This document shows, in pieces, positions 9,035-19,263 of a DNA stretch of 59,056 nt. The DNA lies in the NCBI GenBank assembly GCA_043803245.1, contig JAZDKE010000069.1:1-59056 (forward strand), in the 5' to 3' direction. The notes under the pieces are model-generated. The model worked only from the letters and a program-made list of their open reading frames with translations, ran no database searches and was not told the DNA's origin. This DNA is from Chloroflexota bacterium (GTDB lineage Bacteria; Chloroflexota; Dehalococcoidia; Dehalococcoidales; SURF-40). Made by a program: the position numbers and the translations under genes. Numbering within the stretch: position 1 is the first letter of the stretch; the number at the start of each line of letters is the position of its first letter.

Positions 9035-9220
9035 AACCAACTCCCGATTCTGCCCGAGCTATAACTTTATGTCAATAGGACTTTCTTACTAAGCCGATAG
9101 TGACCATTACGCTATTTACCATCCCTATATTAAAGTAGGATACTGGTCTTAAGTCAAACAAGTTACCCAAAGGAGGTGGAAGTCATGATGTCCAAGATTA
9201 AAACAAAGGGGGTAAGCTCA

Positions 9221-9598
9221 ATGAAGAAATTCTTCCGCAATTTCCAATACGGCGAGAAGGGCTTCACGCTGATTGAGCTGCTGGTGGTCGTGGCGATTTT
9301 GGGCGTACTGGCCGCGGTGGCGGTGCCCAATGTCGGCAAGTTTATGAGTAAAGGCAAAACCGAAGCCGCCAACACCGAGCTGCACAACGTCCAGACGGCG
9401 GTACTGGCCGGTATGGCTGACGCCAACGTTGGCACCATCACCGGCGGCACGCTGCAAGCTCCTGCCTCCGATGTGTCCATCAATGCCACAGCCACGGTGG
9501 GTGATTACATCGTCGGCGGCGTTGCCAAAGTCCAGGGTACATACACGGTCGGCACCGATGGCACGGTCGATCAGACCGCCTATCCCGGCGTACCCTAA
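9221..9598 (+). CDS. pilA: Type IV major pilin
   Basis: Class III signal EKG/FTLIELLVVVAILGVLAAVAVP; strong SD. Confidence 0.9.
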   Translation: MKKFFRNFQYGEKGFTLIELLVVVAILGVLAAVAVPNVGKFMSKGKTEAANTELHNVQTAVLAGMADANVGTITGGTLQAPASDVSINATATVGDYIVGGVAKVQGTYTVGTDGTVDQTAYPGVP

Positions 9599-9680
9599 TC
9601 TGATTCATTCGGGACTAACTTAAGAGGAACTCGGAAGTTTGGAAGCCTGGTCAAGGATTCCACTCCTTGGGAACTCTAAA

Positions 9681-9710
9681 AGGAAGGCCGGTCGTACGAC
9701 CGGCCTTCCT
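9681..9710. terminator. Perfect 30-bp palindrome between convergent pilA and pilT
   Basis: AGGAAGGCCGGTCGT/ACGACCGGCCTTCCT, preceded by AAA (T tract on the minus strand). Confidence 0.7.
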
Positions 9711-9923
9711 CATTTCGGTAACTTTTTTCCACACCTTGCGGTCGGGGGTACAAGTCTATCTCACCTCCGTTGCCCGGCATCCTGGAGGTGTATTTGGGAA
9801 GATGCCGGAAGAGCGGCCTTCTTCGACTTCACGGTCGGGGAATTTGAGTGAGGCAGGTTCATTAAACGGGGATGAGGTCGTTGATGAAATTTCAGTGCGA
9901 GCAAACCCGGTAGTGGACCGGGA

Positions 9924-10997
9924 CTACGCGTAGGGCGCCATTGTGATTAGCTTTTCGACTTCGTCGCGGTCGTTGCAGACGGCAAAGAGTTGTTCCCGGC
10001 TGATGACGCCCTTGCGAAAGAGGCCTACCAGCGATTGGTCCATCATCACCATGCCGCTCTGAGCGTTGGTCCGAATCATATTAGGCAATTGATAGAGCTT
10101 GCCTTCCCGTATCAGATTTCTCACCGACGGGATAGCCAGCATAACCTCTATCGCCACCACCCGTCCGGAACCATTCATCCTGGGGACGAGGAGCTGGCAA
10201 ATGACACCCAGCAGGAGGGTCGCCAGCCGCGTCTGTACCAGATTACGCTCGTGGGGCGGGAACAAATCGATAATGCGCTCCACCGCCTGGGTGGCACTGG
10301 AAGCGTGGCCGGTGGTCAGCACCAGATGACCCGTCTCGGCCACGTTAAGCACCGCGGCTGCGGTTTCGGTGTCTCTCATTTCCCCCACTAAAATCACGTC
10401 CGGGTCCTGGCGCAGGACATGTCTCAAAGACTCGGCGAAGGACAGCGTGTCCTGGCCCAACTCTCGCTGGGTGATGACGCATTTCTGGCTGGGGTGGAGA
10501 TACTCCACCGGGTCTTCAATGGTAACTACCCGGCGCTTTTCGCTCGCGTTTAGATGCTTCAGCATGGCTGCCAGTGTGGTGCTCTTGCCGCTACCGGTCG
10601 GCCCGCTGACCATAATCAACCCCCTGGGCCGGAGGATAAGCTCCTTGCACACCGGAGGAAGTCCCAGTTCGTCAATATCGTGAACAACCGGGGGTAAAAT
10701 ACGGATGACCATGCTGACGGTCCCCTGCTGGTAGGCCGCATTGCAGCGCGCCCGGCGACCTTCCGGTAGAGTGTAGCTAAAGTCGAGCTCTTTGCGGCGC
10801 TCGAACTCAGCCTGCTGCTCGGGTGTGGTAATCTGGCAAAAGGCGTCCTTTATGTCATCATCAGTCAGAGACGCCGCGGCTTCCAGCGGCTCCAGATAGC
10901 CGTTAATACGCAATATCGGCGGCCGCGCCACAATCAGGTGCACGTCAGAGGCACCCCGTTCACCGGCGGCCGTAAGCAGCGATATGATATCCATCAT
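9924..10997 (-). CDS. pilT: Type IV pilus retraction ATPase
   Basis: GASDVHL, Walker A GPTGSGKSTT, TIEDPVE, LRQDPDVILVGEMRD, VRNLIREGK. Confidence 0.93.
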   Translation of the reverse strand: MMDIISLLTAAGERGASDVHLIVARPPILRINGYLEPLEAAASLTDDDIKDAFCQITTPEQQAEFERRKELDFSYTLPEGRRARCNAAYQQGTVSMVIRILPPVVHDIDELGLPPVCKELILRPRGLIMVSGPTGSGKSTTLAAMLKHLNASEKRRVVTIEDPVEYLHPSQKCVITQRELGQDTLSFAESLRHVLRQDPDVILVGEMRDTETAAAVLNVAETGHLVLTTGHASSATQAVERIIDLFPPHERNLVQTRLATLLLGVICQLLVPRMNGSGRVVAIEVMLAIPSVRNLIREGKLYQLPNMIRTNAQSGMVMMDQSLVGLFRKGVISREQLFAVCNDRDEVEKLITMAPYA

Positions 10998-11008
10998 GTC
11001 CGTCTCCG

Positions 11009-12445
11009 CTAATGACTGAGCGTTAACCGGAACTCGGTGCGCGCCTGGCTTGCCCCGATAAAGGTAACGGTGACCCCCGGGAAACGTCCGCTCTCCCTGA
11101 GTCGCCGGCCATAGGCCAGGGCTTCATCCTCACCCGATGCCCCGCCGTCCACCAGCACCTTGTCACCGCTATAGCTGATATCAATGATATTCACCCCGGC
11201 CACCAGATTATCCTGAATGGCCGACAGGTCGCCGTTCACCCTTTCCTGCCAGCGGCTAAAGGTCAGGGACAGCGACTTAAACCTGGCCGAGCTCGCTTCG
11301 AGCTCTTTAAGATTCGCCTCCAGCGCCTGAATCTCTTTTCTCTGTGCGGCCACCTCTTTTTGCCGCTTGGTGACGAACTGCTGTTTGGCATCAAGACCAA
11401 CCTGCAATGAGCTGACGCTGGCCACCGTCTCCCTGACCAGCAGAACCATCGGCACCAGCAGGCCAACCGCCATTATGGTTCCCGCCACCGTCACCACCAC
11501 CGCCCGGGAAATGGGCTTGGGGCGGTGTTCCACGGGGAGGGCATTGATATTGACCACCGAAGCGCGGCCCTTGCGCCCGGCCCGGGTTTCTTTCAGGGCC
11601 AGACCGATGTTGACCAGGTACCGGCCGGCGGGAAAGTCCTCGGGGCACTTCAAGGGCGACTCCAACATCAACACCGGATGCTTGAGGTTACTGACCTTGT
11701 TTAAGTCAAGGCCTTCCGCCAGTTCCCCGGAGACCAGTATCGGTACCTCAGTGTCCAGCGGACTTCTTGCCTGAGTGGAATTATAGAATTTTACCGTCCG
11801 CTCCAGTTCTTCCCCGATAAGCGCCAGTTTCTCATCCCAGGAGAGGGTCTTTTCCAGGGATACCGTGCGTGCCAGCTGCGGTACCCGCCCGACCATGACC
11901 ACGATATTAAGCTCGGTGGGCTGCAGGTCGGCGATGATGGCGGTATCACGGTCGACTGCCCGGGACAAAGCCAGCGGTTTTAAGTCGATGAGGTAAGGGT
12001 TAAGCCCCGCCGCCCGCACGGCACCGACCAAAGTGTCAACCATATTACGGGGCAGGGCCGCCAGAAAAGCCTTGATCTCATGCCCCTGCCGTCCGAGGAC
12101 CTGCCAGCTGATGTAGAGCTGGTCGAGGGGTATCGGCAGGGCTTTCTCCGCTTCCAGTTTCACCGCGCTGGTCAGGAGGGGGCCGGAGACATCGGGCAGA
12201 ACGAGGACTCTGAAGAAACAGTGAATGCCGCTGAGGCCAGCCACTACCTTTTTGGTCCGCACTTTTTGGGAACCGAGGAGCGACGCGATTTTAGCCGCGA
12301 CTTCAGATTCGTTAGCGACTACCCCATCTTTGACCAGTCCCGGCTCAAGCGGGCAGTCCGCCCACTTCTTAATCTGGGCACCTTTCGTCACCAGCAACTG
12401 GAGACGGCTATCGTCGAGGTATAAAGTCACCACTCTTTTGGCCAT
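11009..12445 (-). CDS. pilM: Fused PilM-PilN type IV pilus assembly protein
   Basis: Actin-like PilM N-terminus (PLEPGLVKDG, EAEKALPIPLD, IGLALK), then INALP + TM + coiled coil + PilN-like C-terminus. Confidence 0.75.
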   Translation of the reverse strand: MAKRVVTLYLDDSRLQLLVTKGAQIKKWADCPLEPGLVKDGVVANESEVAAKIASLLGSQKVRTKKVVAGLSGIHCFFRVLVLPDVSGPLLTSAVKLEAEKALPIPLDQLYISWQVLGRQGHEIKAFLAALPRNMVDTLVGAVRAAGLNPYLIDLKPLALSRAVDRDTAIIADLQPTELNIVVMVGRVPQLARTVSLEKTLSWDEKLALIGEELERTVKFYNSTQARSPLDTEVPILVSGELAEGLDLNKVSNLKHPVLMLESPLKCPEDFPAGRYLVNIGLALKETRAGRKGRASVVNINALPVEHRPKPISRAVVVTVAGTIMAVGLLVPMVLLVRETVASVSSLQVGLDAKQQFVTKRQKEVAAQRKEIQALEANLKELEASSARFKSLSLTFSRWQERVNGDLSAIQDNLVAGVNIIDISYSGDKVLVDGGASGEDEALAYGRRLRESGRFPGVTVTFIGASQARTEFRLTLSH

Positions 12446-12447
12446 GA

Positions 12448-13053
12448 TTAACCACCCCGGTAATCATAAATCATTAAGGTAACCGTTATCATGGGCATTT
12501 CGACCGGACCCTCCTCACCACCAGCCTCAGGGTCAACGGTACCGCTCTCGGCTTCATCAGGTACATTTATCCGCGCCGACATTACCACGCCGGTGCCGTA
12601 TTTTGCCGTGAGCCCGGAGACAAAATCTACCAGGTCAGCCACCGTACCTTCGGCCTTGACCGTTACCAGTATCACCGAACATTTGACACCGCCGATTTCT
12701 TTTTCCGAGACCGCCGACGAATCAATCCGGGCGATGGTCACATCACTCTGCCCGGCAATGTCATAGATATCACCGCTGTTCTCAATCGTCTCCAGAGATT
12801 GTCGGAGGCGGCCCTTCTCCGCCGCCACCTCAACCCTGACCTTTTCCAAACGGCTCTGGAGGGCTTCTTTTTGTGAGACCAGCCCGGTGCTGGCCAATTT
12901 CTCAATCAGCAAACCGGCCTGGGCCATTTCCTGCTCGGCGCGGGCCCGGGCTTGAATCTGCTGTAGCTGTACCATGCTAAGACTGAGCAGAGCAATCAGG
13001 AAGACGCCAGCCCCCAGAAGCACCCTTGATTTATTACTCAGCTTAAACTTCAT
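12448..13053 (-). CDS. PilO-like pilus assembly protein
   Basis: N-terminal TM, coiled coil, ferredoxin-like C-domain (VTVKAEGTVADLVDFV); lies in the pil operon. Confidence 0.6.
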   Translation of the reverse strand: MKFKLSNKSRVLLGAGVFLIALLSLSMVQLQQIQARARAEQEMAQAGLLIEKLASTGLVSQKEALQSRLEKVRVEVAAEKGRLRQSLETIENSGDIYDIAGQSDVTIARIDSSAVSEKEIGGVKCSVILVTVKAEGTVADLVDFVSGLTAKYGTGVVMSARINVPDEAESGTVDPEAGGEEGPVEMPMITVTLMIYDYRGG

Positions 13054-13090
13054 CCGGGATTCCCCCGATTAAACTTTCCGATGGCCGCAA

Positions 13091-14302
13091 CTAACCCAGC
13101 TGACCGTACATGGAATACATCGCCTGCACCAGCGACAGGGTAATAAAAGCGACCACGCCGCCGATTACCACGGTGGTGACCGGCTGTATCATGGCGATGA
13201 GGACTTTGGTCTTTTCCTGGGACTCAACCTCGTAGCTCTCGGCAAGGGCCAGCAGGTTGGTGTCCAGACCACCGGTTTCCTCACCAATCCTGACCATCAG
13301 GACCAGCATGGGTAGAAAAATCTGCTTTTTGGCCATTGGCTGGGACAGCCCTTCGCCGCTGAACATACCCTTCTCCACGTCACGCAGAGCCTCTTTCACT
13401 ACCTGGTTGTTGCTCCCCTCGATAAGCAGCGACATTATCTCGGTAAGGGGTAAGCCAGCCTTAAAGAGCAGGGCCAGGCTGCGGCAGAAACTGGCCAGCT
13501 CAGCCAGCAGGTTAATGCGTCCGAACAGCGGCATTTTTAACGAGATGCTGTCCCAGACGTATCTGCCCTTTTTCGTCCGGACATAGCCGAAAGCACCGGC
13601 GACAACGGTCCCCAGGCCAGCGAGGAGGTGCAGCCCGTAGGTATTAAGAAAGTCAACCGAATTGAGCAGCAGCCTGGTCTGGGCCGGCAGTTCAATCGAA
13701 AGGTTGCGGTAAAGGCTGGTGAAGGCCGGCAGGACAAAGGTCACCAGGACACCGACCACGGCCACCGCCAGCACGGTAACGATTACCGGATAGAGCAAGG
13801 CATTCTTGACGCCCTTGCGGGCATTCAATTCTTTCTCCATGTAATCGGCAATCTGCCGGAGCACCGTTTCCATACCGCCGGTGCGTTCCCCCACGCTGAG
13901 CAGGCGATGGCATATCGGGGGAAAGACGTCAGGGTATTTCTTGATAGCGGTGGACAGCCGACTGCCGCCGCGCAACTCGGAGATTATCTCGGCCAGCACT
14001 TTCCTGAAGATACGGTTCGTTTCCTGTGATTTCAGGAGCTCCAGCGCGGTAACGATATCAATACCGGACTCAAAAAGCATGGCCACCTGACGGCAGAAGA
14101 AGATAACGGCCCCCGGCTTGATGCGGAAAAGAGATGGGAGCATGGTTTCCCAGTTGAGCTGCGACCGGCGGCTCGTTTTCAGGCTCAGAACGTCGGTGCT
14201 CTGGCCGGCCAATATCCGTAGCGCTGTCTCATGGCTCGAAGCCGCCACCGTGCCCCAGACCAGTTTCTTATCCTCTTTATAGCCAATGTAATGAAATTCC
14301 AT
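13091..14302 (-). CDS. pilC: Type IV pilus / T2SS inner-membrane platform protein
   Basis: MEFHYIG start; two GspF repeats (VGERTG...ALLYP; IGEETG...MIQP). Confidence 0.92.
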   Translation of the reverse strand: MEFHYIGYKEDKKLVWGTVAASSHETALRILAGQSTDVLSLKTSRRSQLNWETMLPSLFRIKPGAVIFFCRQVAMLFESGIDIVTALELLKSQETNRIFRKVLAEIISELRGGSRLSTAIKKYPDVFPPICHRLLSVGERTGGMETVLRQIADYMEKELNARKGVKNALLYPVIVTVLAVAVVGVLVTFVLPAFTSLYRNLSIELPAQTRLLLNSVDFLNTYGLHLLAGLGTVVAGAFGYVRTKKGRYVWDSISLKMPLFGRINLLAELASFCRSLALLFKAGLPLTEIMSLLIEGSNNQVVKEALRDVEKGMFSGEGLSQPMAKKQIFLPMLVLMVRIGEETGGLDTNLLALAESYEVESQEKTKVLIAMIQPVTTVVIGGVVAFITLSLVQAMYSMYGQLG

Positions 14303-14306
14303 CAAC

Positions 14307-16427
14307 CTAATCCGAAGAGAAGACGTTACGCAGAATCTCACACGGCGTGGTTATCCCCGCCTTGACCTTGAGCATGCCGTCGTGCCACATTGACGACATA
14401 CCTTCCTTGAGGGCCTGCGCCCGAATCTGGTCCGAGCCGGCCCCGGCCAGTATCCTGGTCCGTATTTCGTCACTCATGGTAAGCATCTCGAAAGCCGCGA
14501 CACGGCCCTGGTAGCCGGTATTGGCACAGGAGTTGCAGCCGCGACCATAATAGAACTCGGTGCGCTCTTCGCCGGTCTCCTGGCAGTAAGCAAGGCGGGC
14601 TTCGACCGGGGCCTTACGGAAGTCACGGCACTTGTGACAGATGCGGCGCACCATTCTCTGGGCAACGCTGCCCGCCAGCGACGATGAGACCAGGTAGGGC
14701 GGCACCCCCAGGTCCAGCAGCCGGAAAATAGCGCCCACGGCATCATTGGCGTGGATGGAAGCCATCACCAGATGCCCGGTGAGCGCCGCCTGGACGGCAA
14801 TCTCGGCTGTCTCCGGGTCCCGTACCTCGCCGACCAGGATGACATCGGGGTCAAGCCGCATAATCGCCCGCAGACCGGTGGCAAAGGTCAGCCCGGCCCG
14901 GGGATTTATCTGAACCTGGCTGATGTTCTGATAGCGGTACTCCACCGGGTCCTCAACGGTGATGATTTTGCGTCCCTTACAGTCGAGGCTTTTCAGCGAG
15001 GCGTAGAGCGTGGTGGTCTTGCCCGAACCGGTAGGGCCGCTGATTAAAATCATGCCGAAGGGGAACTTGAGCATTTTCCCGTAGACCGCCAGGTTCTCCC
15101 TGGAGAAGCCAAGCTGGTCCAGGCTTAGTCCCGCGAAGGAGGTATCCAGAATACGCAGCACCGCCATTTCGCCGTAAGCGGTGAAGATGGTGGCCACTCT
15201 CACGTCCACCCTTCTGCCCGTAACCATGATTGAGAACTGACCGTCCTGCGGCCGGCGCTGGTCGGCGATGTTCATATTGGCCATTATCTTGAGCCGCGAA
15301 ATAAGCGGCGACTGGGCGCTCGTGGGTAGAGTCATCGCTTCGTGGAGAACACCGTCGATGCGGTAACGAACTACAATGCCTTTCTCGGTGGGCTCGATAT
15401 GAATGTCTGAAGAGTGGTTTTTGATGGCCTCTTTCATCAGCAGGTCAAGCGCCCTCACGACCGGGGCGTTGGTAACGCTCTCGCTGGCCGTTTTGTCCTC
15501 TTTAACCGTGCGGGGGTCCTCGGTCTTAAACTGCTTCTCAATCTCAGCGTAAGCCTTGTAGTTACGGTCAATCGCCCGGCGGATATCATCGCGGTCAGCC
15601 ACTACCAGCTCAATCCTCATCCTGGCCCAGGCAGTCAGCGCCTCAAGGGTGGTAATATCATCGGCGTCCGTAGCCGCCACCTGGAGCACGTTTTCCATAA
15701 CCCTGATGGGGATGACATCAAATTTACGGGCGATACCCTCGGGGATGAGCTTGAGAGCCTCAGGCTGAATCGGGCAGGTATTGAGGTCAATGAGAGACTG
15801 GCCCAGCGTGGAGATAACCGCCCCCGCTTCAGGTTCCGGCTCAGTCATTATTTCAAGGCGCGAGAACAGGTTCTTAAACTCTTCCCTCTTATGGGAAAGT
15901 TCACCAGCGGCAGTCTCCAGGCTCGAAGGCGACGCGAAATCCAGGCCGGAAAACACCCGCTCCAGCTCCTGGCTTTTAACACCACCGTCGGTGACCTTAT
16001 CAGCTTTCCCCGCCTCAGCCGCCGGCGCCGCCACTCCGGGAGCTTCTTTGTAAGGAACCACGATTTCTTTGTCAGGAACGGGGAGTTGGTAATTATCGTC
16101 AATCGCTTTTTTGATTTCATCCGCGGTGGCGATGAGGGGCACGATTTTCTTCCTGGTACGTGAGGTCAGGGCATCCAGCACCAGTATATCATCGGCATCC
16201 GCCACCGCCAGTTGCATGACATCATCGTTCACCGAAATCGGTATCAGGTTATGGTGCCGGGCAATCGCCTCGGAAACCAGGCGAAGGGCACCCGGGTCAA
16301 TCTTGAGCAAACCGGGATTTATACAGGGTATGCCCTTTTGCGCCCCCAGCGCCTTGGCCAGGTCTTCGGGGCTGATAACGCCCCGCTCAACCAGTATCTC
16401 CCCCAGCCTCGGCTTCTTGTCCTTCAT
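14307..16427 (-). CDS. pilB: Type IV pilus extension ATPase with MshEN motif and duplicated N-domain
   Basis: RLGEILVERGVI; SSDIHIEP; GPTGSGKTTT; MRLDPDVILVGEVRD; tetra-Cys Zn motif. Confidence 0.93.
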   Translation of the reverse strand: MKDKKPRLGEILVERGVISPEDLAKALGAQKGIPCINPGLLKIDPGALRLVSEAIARHHNLIPISVNDDVMQLAVADADDILVLDALTSRTRKKIVPLIATADEIKKAIDDNYQLPVPDKEIVVPYKEAPGVAAPAAEAGKADKVTDGGVKSQELERVFSGLDFASPSSLETAAGELSHKREEFKNLFSRLEIMTEPEPEAGAVISTLGQSLIDLNTCPIQPEALKLIPEGIARKFDVIPIRVMENVLQVAATDADDITTLEALTAWARMRIELVVADRDDIRRAIDRNYKAYAEIEKQFKTEDPRTVKEDKTASESVTNAPVVRALDLLMKEAIKNHSSDIHIEPTEKGIVVRYRIDGVLHEAMTLPTSAQSPLISRLKIMANMNIADQRRPQDGQFSIMVTGRRVDVRVATIFTAYGEMAVLRILDTSFAGLSLDQLGFSRENLAVYGKMLKFPFGMILISGPTGSGKTTTLYASLKSLDCKGRKIITVEDPVEYRYQNISQVQINPRAGLTFATGLRAIMRLDPDVILVGEVRDPETAEIAVQAALTGHLVMASIHANDAVGAIFRLLDLGVPPYLVSSSLAGSVAQRMVRRICHKCRDFRKAPVEARLAYCQETGEERTEFYYGRGCNSCANTGYQGRVAAFEMLTMSDEIRTRILAGAGSDQIRAQALKEGMSSMWHDGMLKVKAGITTPCEILRNVFSSD

Positions 16428-16712
16428 CTCCAGCCTCTCGCCAGCCGCAATTGCCACCAGCCAGGCCAATCCGGCCATACCTTGACACCGAAAGAGCTAT
16501 TTCCTTTGATTTGGGAATGCGACCCGGTTTAATTCTAAGGGGAGAAAAGGACGGCTACAATATTACTTTAGGGCTATCAATCGTGGTAATTTGGTCATCT
16601 TGCGGGCAGTACCCGGAGACCCGCCATGGGTAAATGAGTGTCGAAGATAAAAATGACTGCGCCGTGGGATTACTATTACCGAGGAGAGTTAGAGGAGAGT
16701 TATGGGAGATGG

Positions 16713-17456
16713 CTAGCTATCCAGACCTTCCGGCCTGGTGTGGGCGGTCTTGAAGTCAATATTCTGGAGGGGCTTCTCCACCCGTGAGGGAATCCAGCCG
16801 TAGTGCATGGCCATCACCACGGCCTGGGTCCGGTCATTGGCGTCCAGCTTGCGCAGGATGGAGGTGATATGGTTCTTAATCGTTTGTTCGCTGATGGAGA
16901 GCTTATAGGCCACCTGCTTGTTCATGTAGCCCTGGGCCACGTAGCTCAAGATTTCCAGCTCCCTGGGAGTGAGCGGCGTCGCCAGTGTCTCCATCGCCCG
17001 GCCCAGGAGAGAAATATCCTGGAACTGCTTCAGCACCTTCTCGGCCACATGGGGCCGGTCAAGGACAATCTCGTTAATGGGACGCTCACCACGGCGGATT
17101 CTCCTGACCATGGAAATGATGTCTTCAGCTTTGGCTTCTTTGGAGAGGTAACCGATGGCGCCGGACTTAACGGTTTGAAAGAGCTGCTCGTCGTCCTCGT
17201 AGGGGGTCAGCACCACCACCGCGATGGCCGGGGAATGGCGGGTTATCTGACGCGCCAGGTCCAGACCGATAAATAGCGGCAGGCCAATATCCACCAGCAC
17301 CACCTCCGGCGAGAGGTCGGCTACCATCTCGGGGGCCCGGCTGTCCAGTTCGGCCTCGCCCGCGAGCTCAATGTCGTCGACTTCGGTAAAAGCCTGCTTT
17401 AGCCCCTTGCGGAAGAGGCTGTTGTTATCGACTAAAAATACCTGAATTTTGTCCAT
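16713..17456 (-). CDS. NarL/LuxR-family response regulator (no kinase gene adjacent)
   Basis: Receiver domain (LVDNN, VLVDIGLP, GYLSK) and LuxR HTH (LTPRELEIL...NKQVA...TIKNH). ATG at 17456. Confidence 0.92.
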   Translation of the reverse strand: MDKIQVFLVDNNSLFRKGLKQAFTEVDDIELAGEAELDSRAPEMVADLSPEVVLVDIGLPLFIGLDLARQITRHSPAIAVVVLTPYEDDEQLFQTVKSGAIGYLSKEAKAEDIISMVRRIRRGERPINEIVLDRPHVAEKVLKQFQDISLLGRAMETLATPLTPRELEILSYVAQGYMNKQVAYKLSISEQTIKNHITSILRKLDANDRTQAVVMAMHYGWIPSRVEKPLQNIDFKTAHTRPEGLDS

Positions 17457-17609
17457 TTGGCGTAAATAAGCTATACTACCCTCTATTATAGAGGTTAATA
17501 TACACGCCCTGCTATCATTTGTCAATAGGCTCGAAAAAGAACGCACGGGCTTTACCGAATTCGAAGCTTAGGGTAAAATGAAGTCTAACCTTATGACTGG
17601 GGGATAAAA

Positions 17610-19176
17610 TTGGACGACCAGCAAACAAAAAACGAGCTAATGGCTGACCTGGTAAAACGTCAGCGGAAAATAAGAGAGATGGGCGGCCCGGAAAACCTGG
17701 CCAAGCAGAAGGAAAAGGGCAAGCTCACGGCGCGGGAGCGCATCGAGCGCCTGCTCGACCCCGGCTCTTTCGTCGAAATCGGAATGTTCGCCAAAAACCG
17801 GACCACCTCCCAGGCGGAGGTGCCCTCGGACGCCGTGGTTACCGGGCACGGGGAAATTGGCGGCCAGCGGGTTTATGTCTTCTCTCAGGACTTCACCTGT
17901 GCCGGCGGCACCGTTTCCGAAATACACGCCAAAAAAATCTGTAACCTGCTGGACAGTGCCATCAAGACGGGCTGCCCTATCATCGGCATCAACGATTCGG
18001 GGGGGGGCCCGAATCCAGGACGGCGTAGATGCCCTGGCCGGTTATGGCCAGATTTTCTACCGCAACACCTTAGCCTCCGGGGTGGTGCCTCAGATATGCG
18101 CCATCATCGGCCCCTGCGCCGGCGGCGCGGTCTATTCTCCAGCCCTGATGGACTTCATCTTCATGGTCAAGGGCATCAGCTTCGCCTTCATCACCGGTCC
18201 GAAAGTGGTCAAGGCGGTAATGGGCCAGGACATCACCGAGGAAGAACTGGGCGGCGCTATCGTGGCCCAGAGGAAGTCAGGCGTGGTCTGCCGCTCCGAA
18301 GATAGCGAAGCGGAGTGCCTGGACAGCATCCGGGAGCTCTTGAGCTACCTGCCCGCCAACTACCGCGAGCACCCGAAGAGAGTTTCCTGGGGAGACCCTC
18401 CCGGGCGGACCGACCAGCACCTGTTTGACATCGTGCCCGCCAACCCCCGCAAGTCCTACGATATGCACCGGATAATCGAGCGGATATTCGACCAGAGGAC
18501 CGACGGCAAGAAGAGCTACTTCGAGCTTTTCCCCATCTTCGCCAACAACATCATCACCTGTTTCGCCCGTCTGGATGGCAACTCGGTGGGCATCATCGCC
18601 AACCAGCCCAGGGCTAAAGCCGGCTCTATGGATATTGACGCTTGCGACAAGGCCTCCCGCTTCATCCGGTTCTGCGACGCTTTTAATATCCCCGTCATCT
18701 CCCTGGTTGACGTGCCCGGCTACCTGCCGGGTACCGACCAGGAATGGGGCGGCATCATCCGGCACGGCGCCAAAATGCTCTACGCTTATTCCGAGGCCAC
18801 CGTACCCAAGATAACGCTCATCATCCGCAAAGCTTACGGCGGCTCCTACCTGGGCATGTGCAGCAAGGACCTGGGGGCCGACGCCGTCCTCTGCTGGCCT
18901 ACGGTAGAACTGGCCGTGATGGGTGCCGAGGGTGCGGCTTCCATCATCTACAAAAAGGAGCTTGCTGAGGCCGAGGACAAGGAAAAAGCCCTCCAGGAGA
19001 TGATTGGGGCCTACCGCAAAGAATTCGCTAACCCCTACCGGGCTGCCGAGCACCTCCACGTAGATGACATCATCAACCCGGCGGAGTCCCGCCGCCGCCT
19101 GTGCCAGACGCTGGCAATGTGCCGGGACAAGGTGGAACCACGCCCCGGCAAGAAACACGGCCTCATGCCGACCTGA
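17610..19176 (+). pseudogene. Acyl-CoA carboxylase/decarboxylase carboxyltransferase subunit (PccB/MmdA-like), frameshifted in a G9 tract
   Basis: One frame has GKLTARERI...INDSGG; the next continues GARIQDG...GPCAGGAVYSPA...DVPGYLPG...RKAYGG. G8 at 17999-18007 would restore NDSGGARIQ; the sequence has G9. Confidence 0.85.
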
Positions 19177-19263
19177 CCTTTTTGCCCGTTACCAGGCGGG
19201 GCTTGCCGAAGGTGCGCCTTAAAGCTATCCCGAAACCGCCATTAAATGCTATCATGGAGGGTG

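Noticed and set aside
9750-9926. Frame stays open about 55 codons past the pilT TAG (possible amber read-through)
   Set aside because: PilT is already full length, the extension has no recognisable motif, and there is no pyrrolysine machinery in the window.
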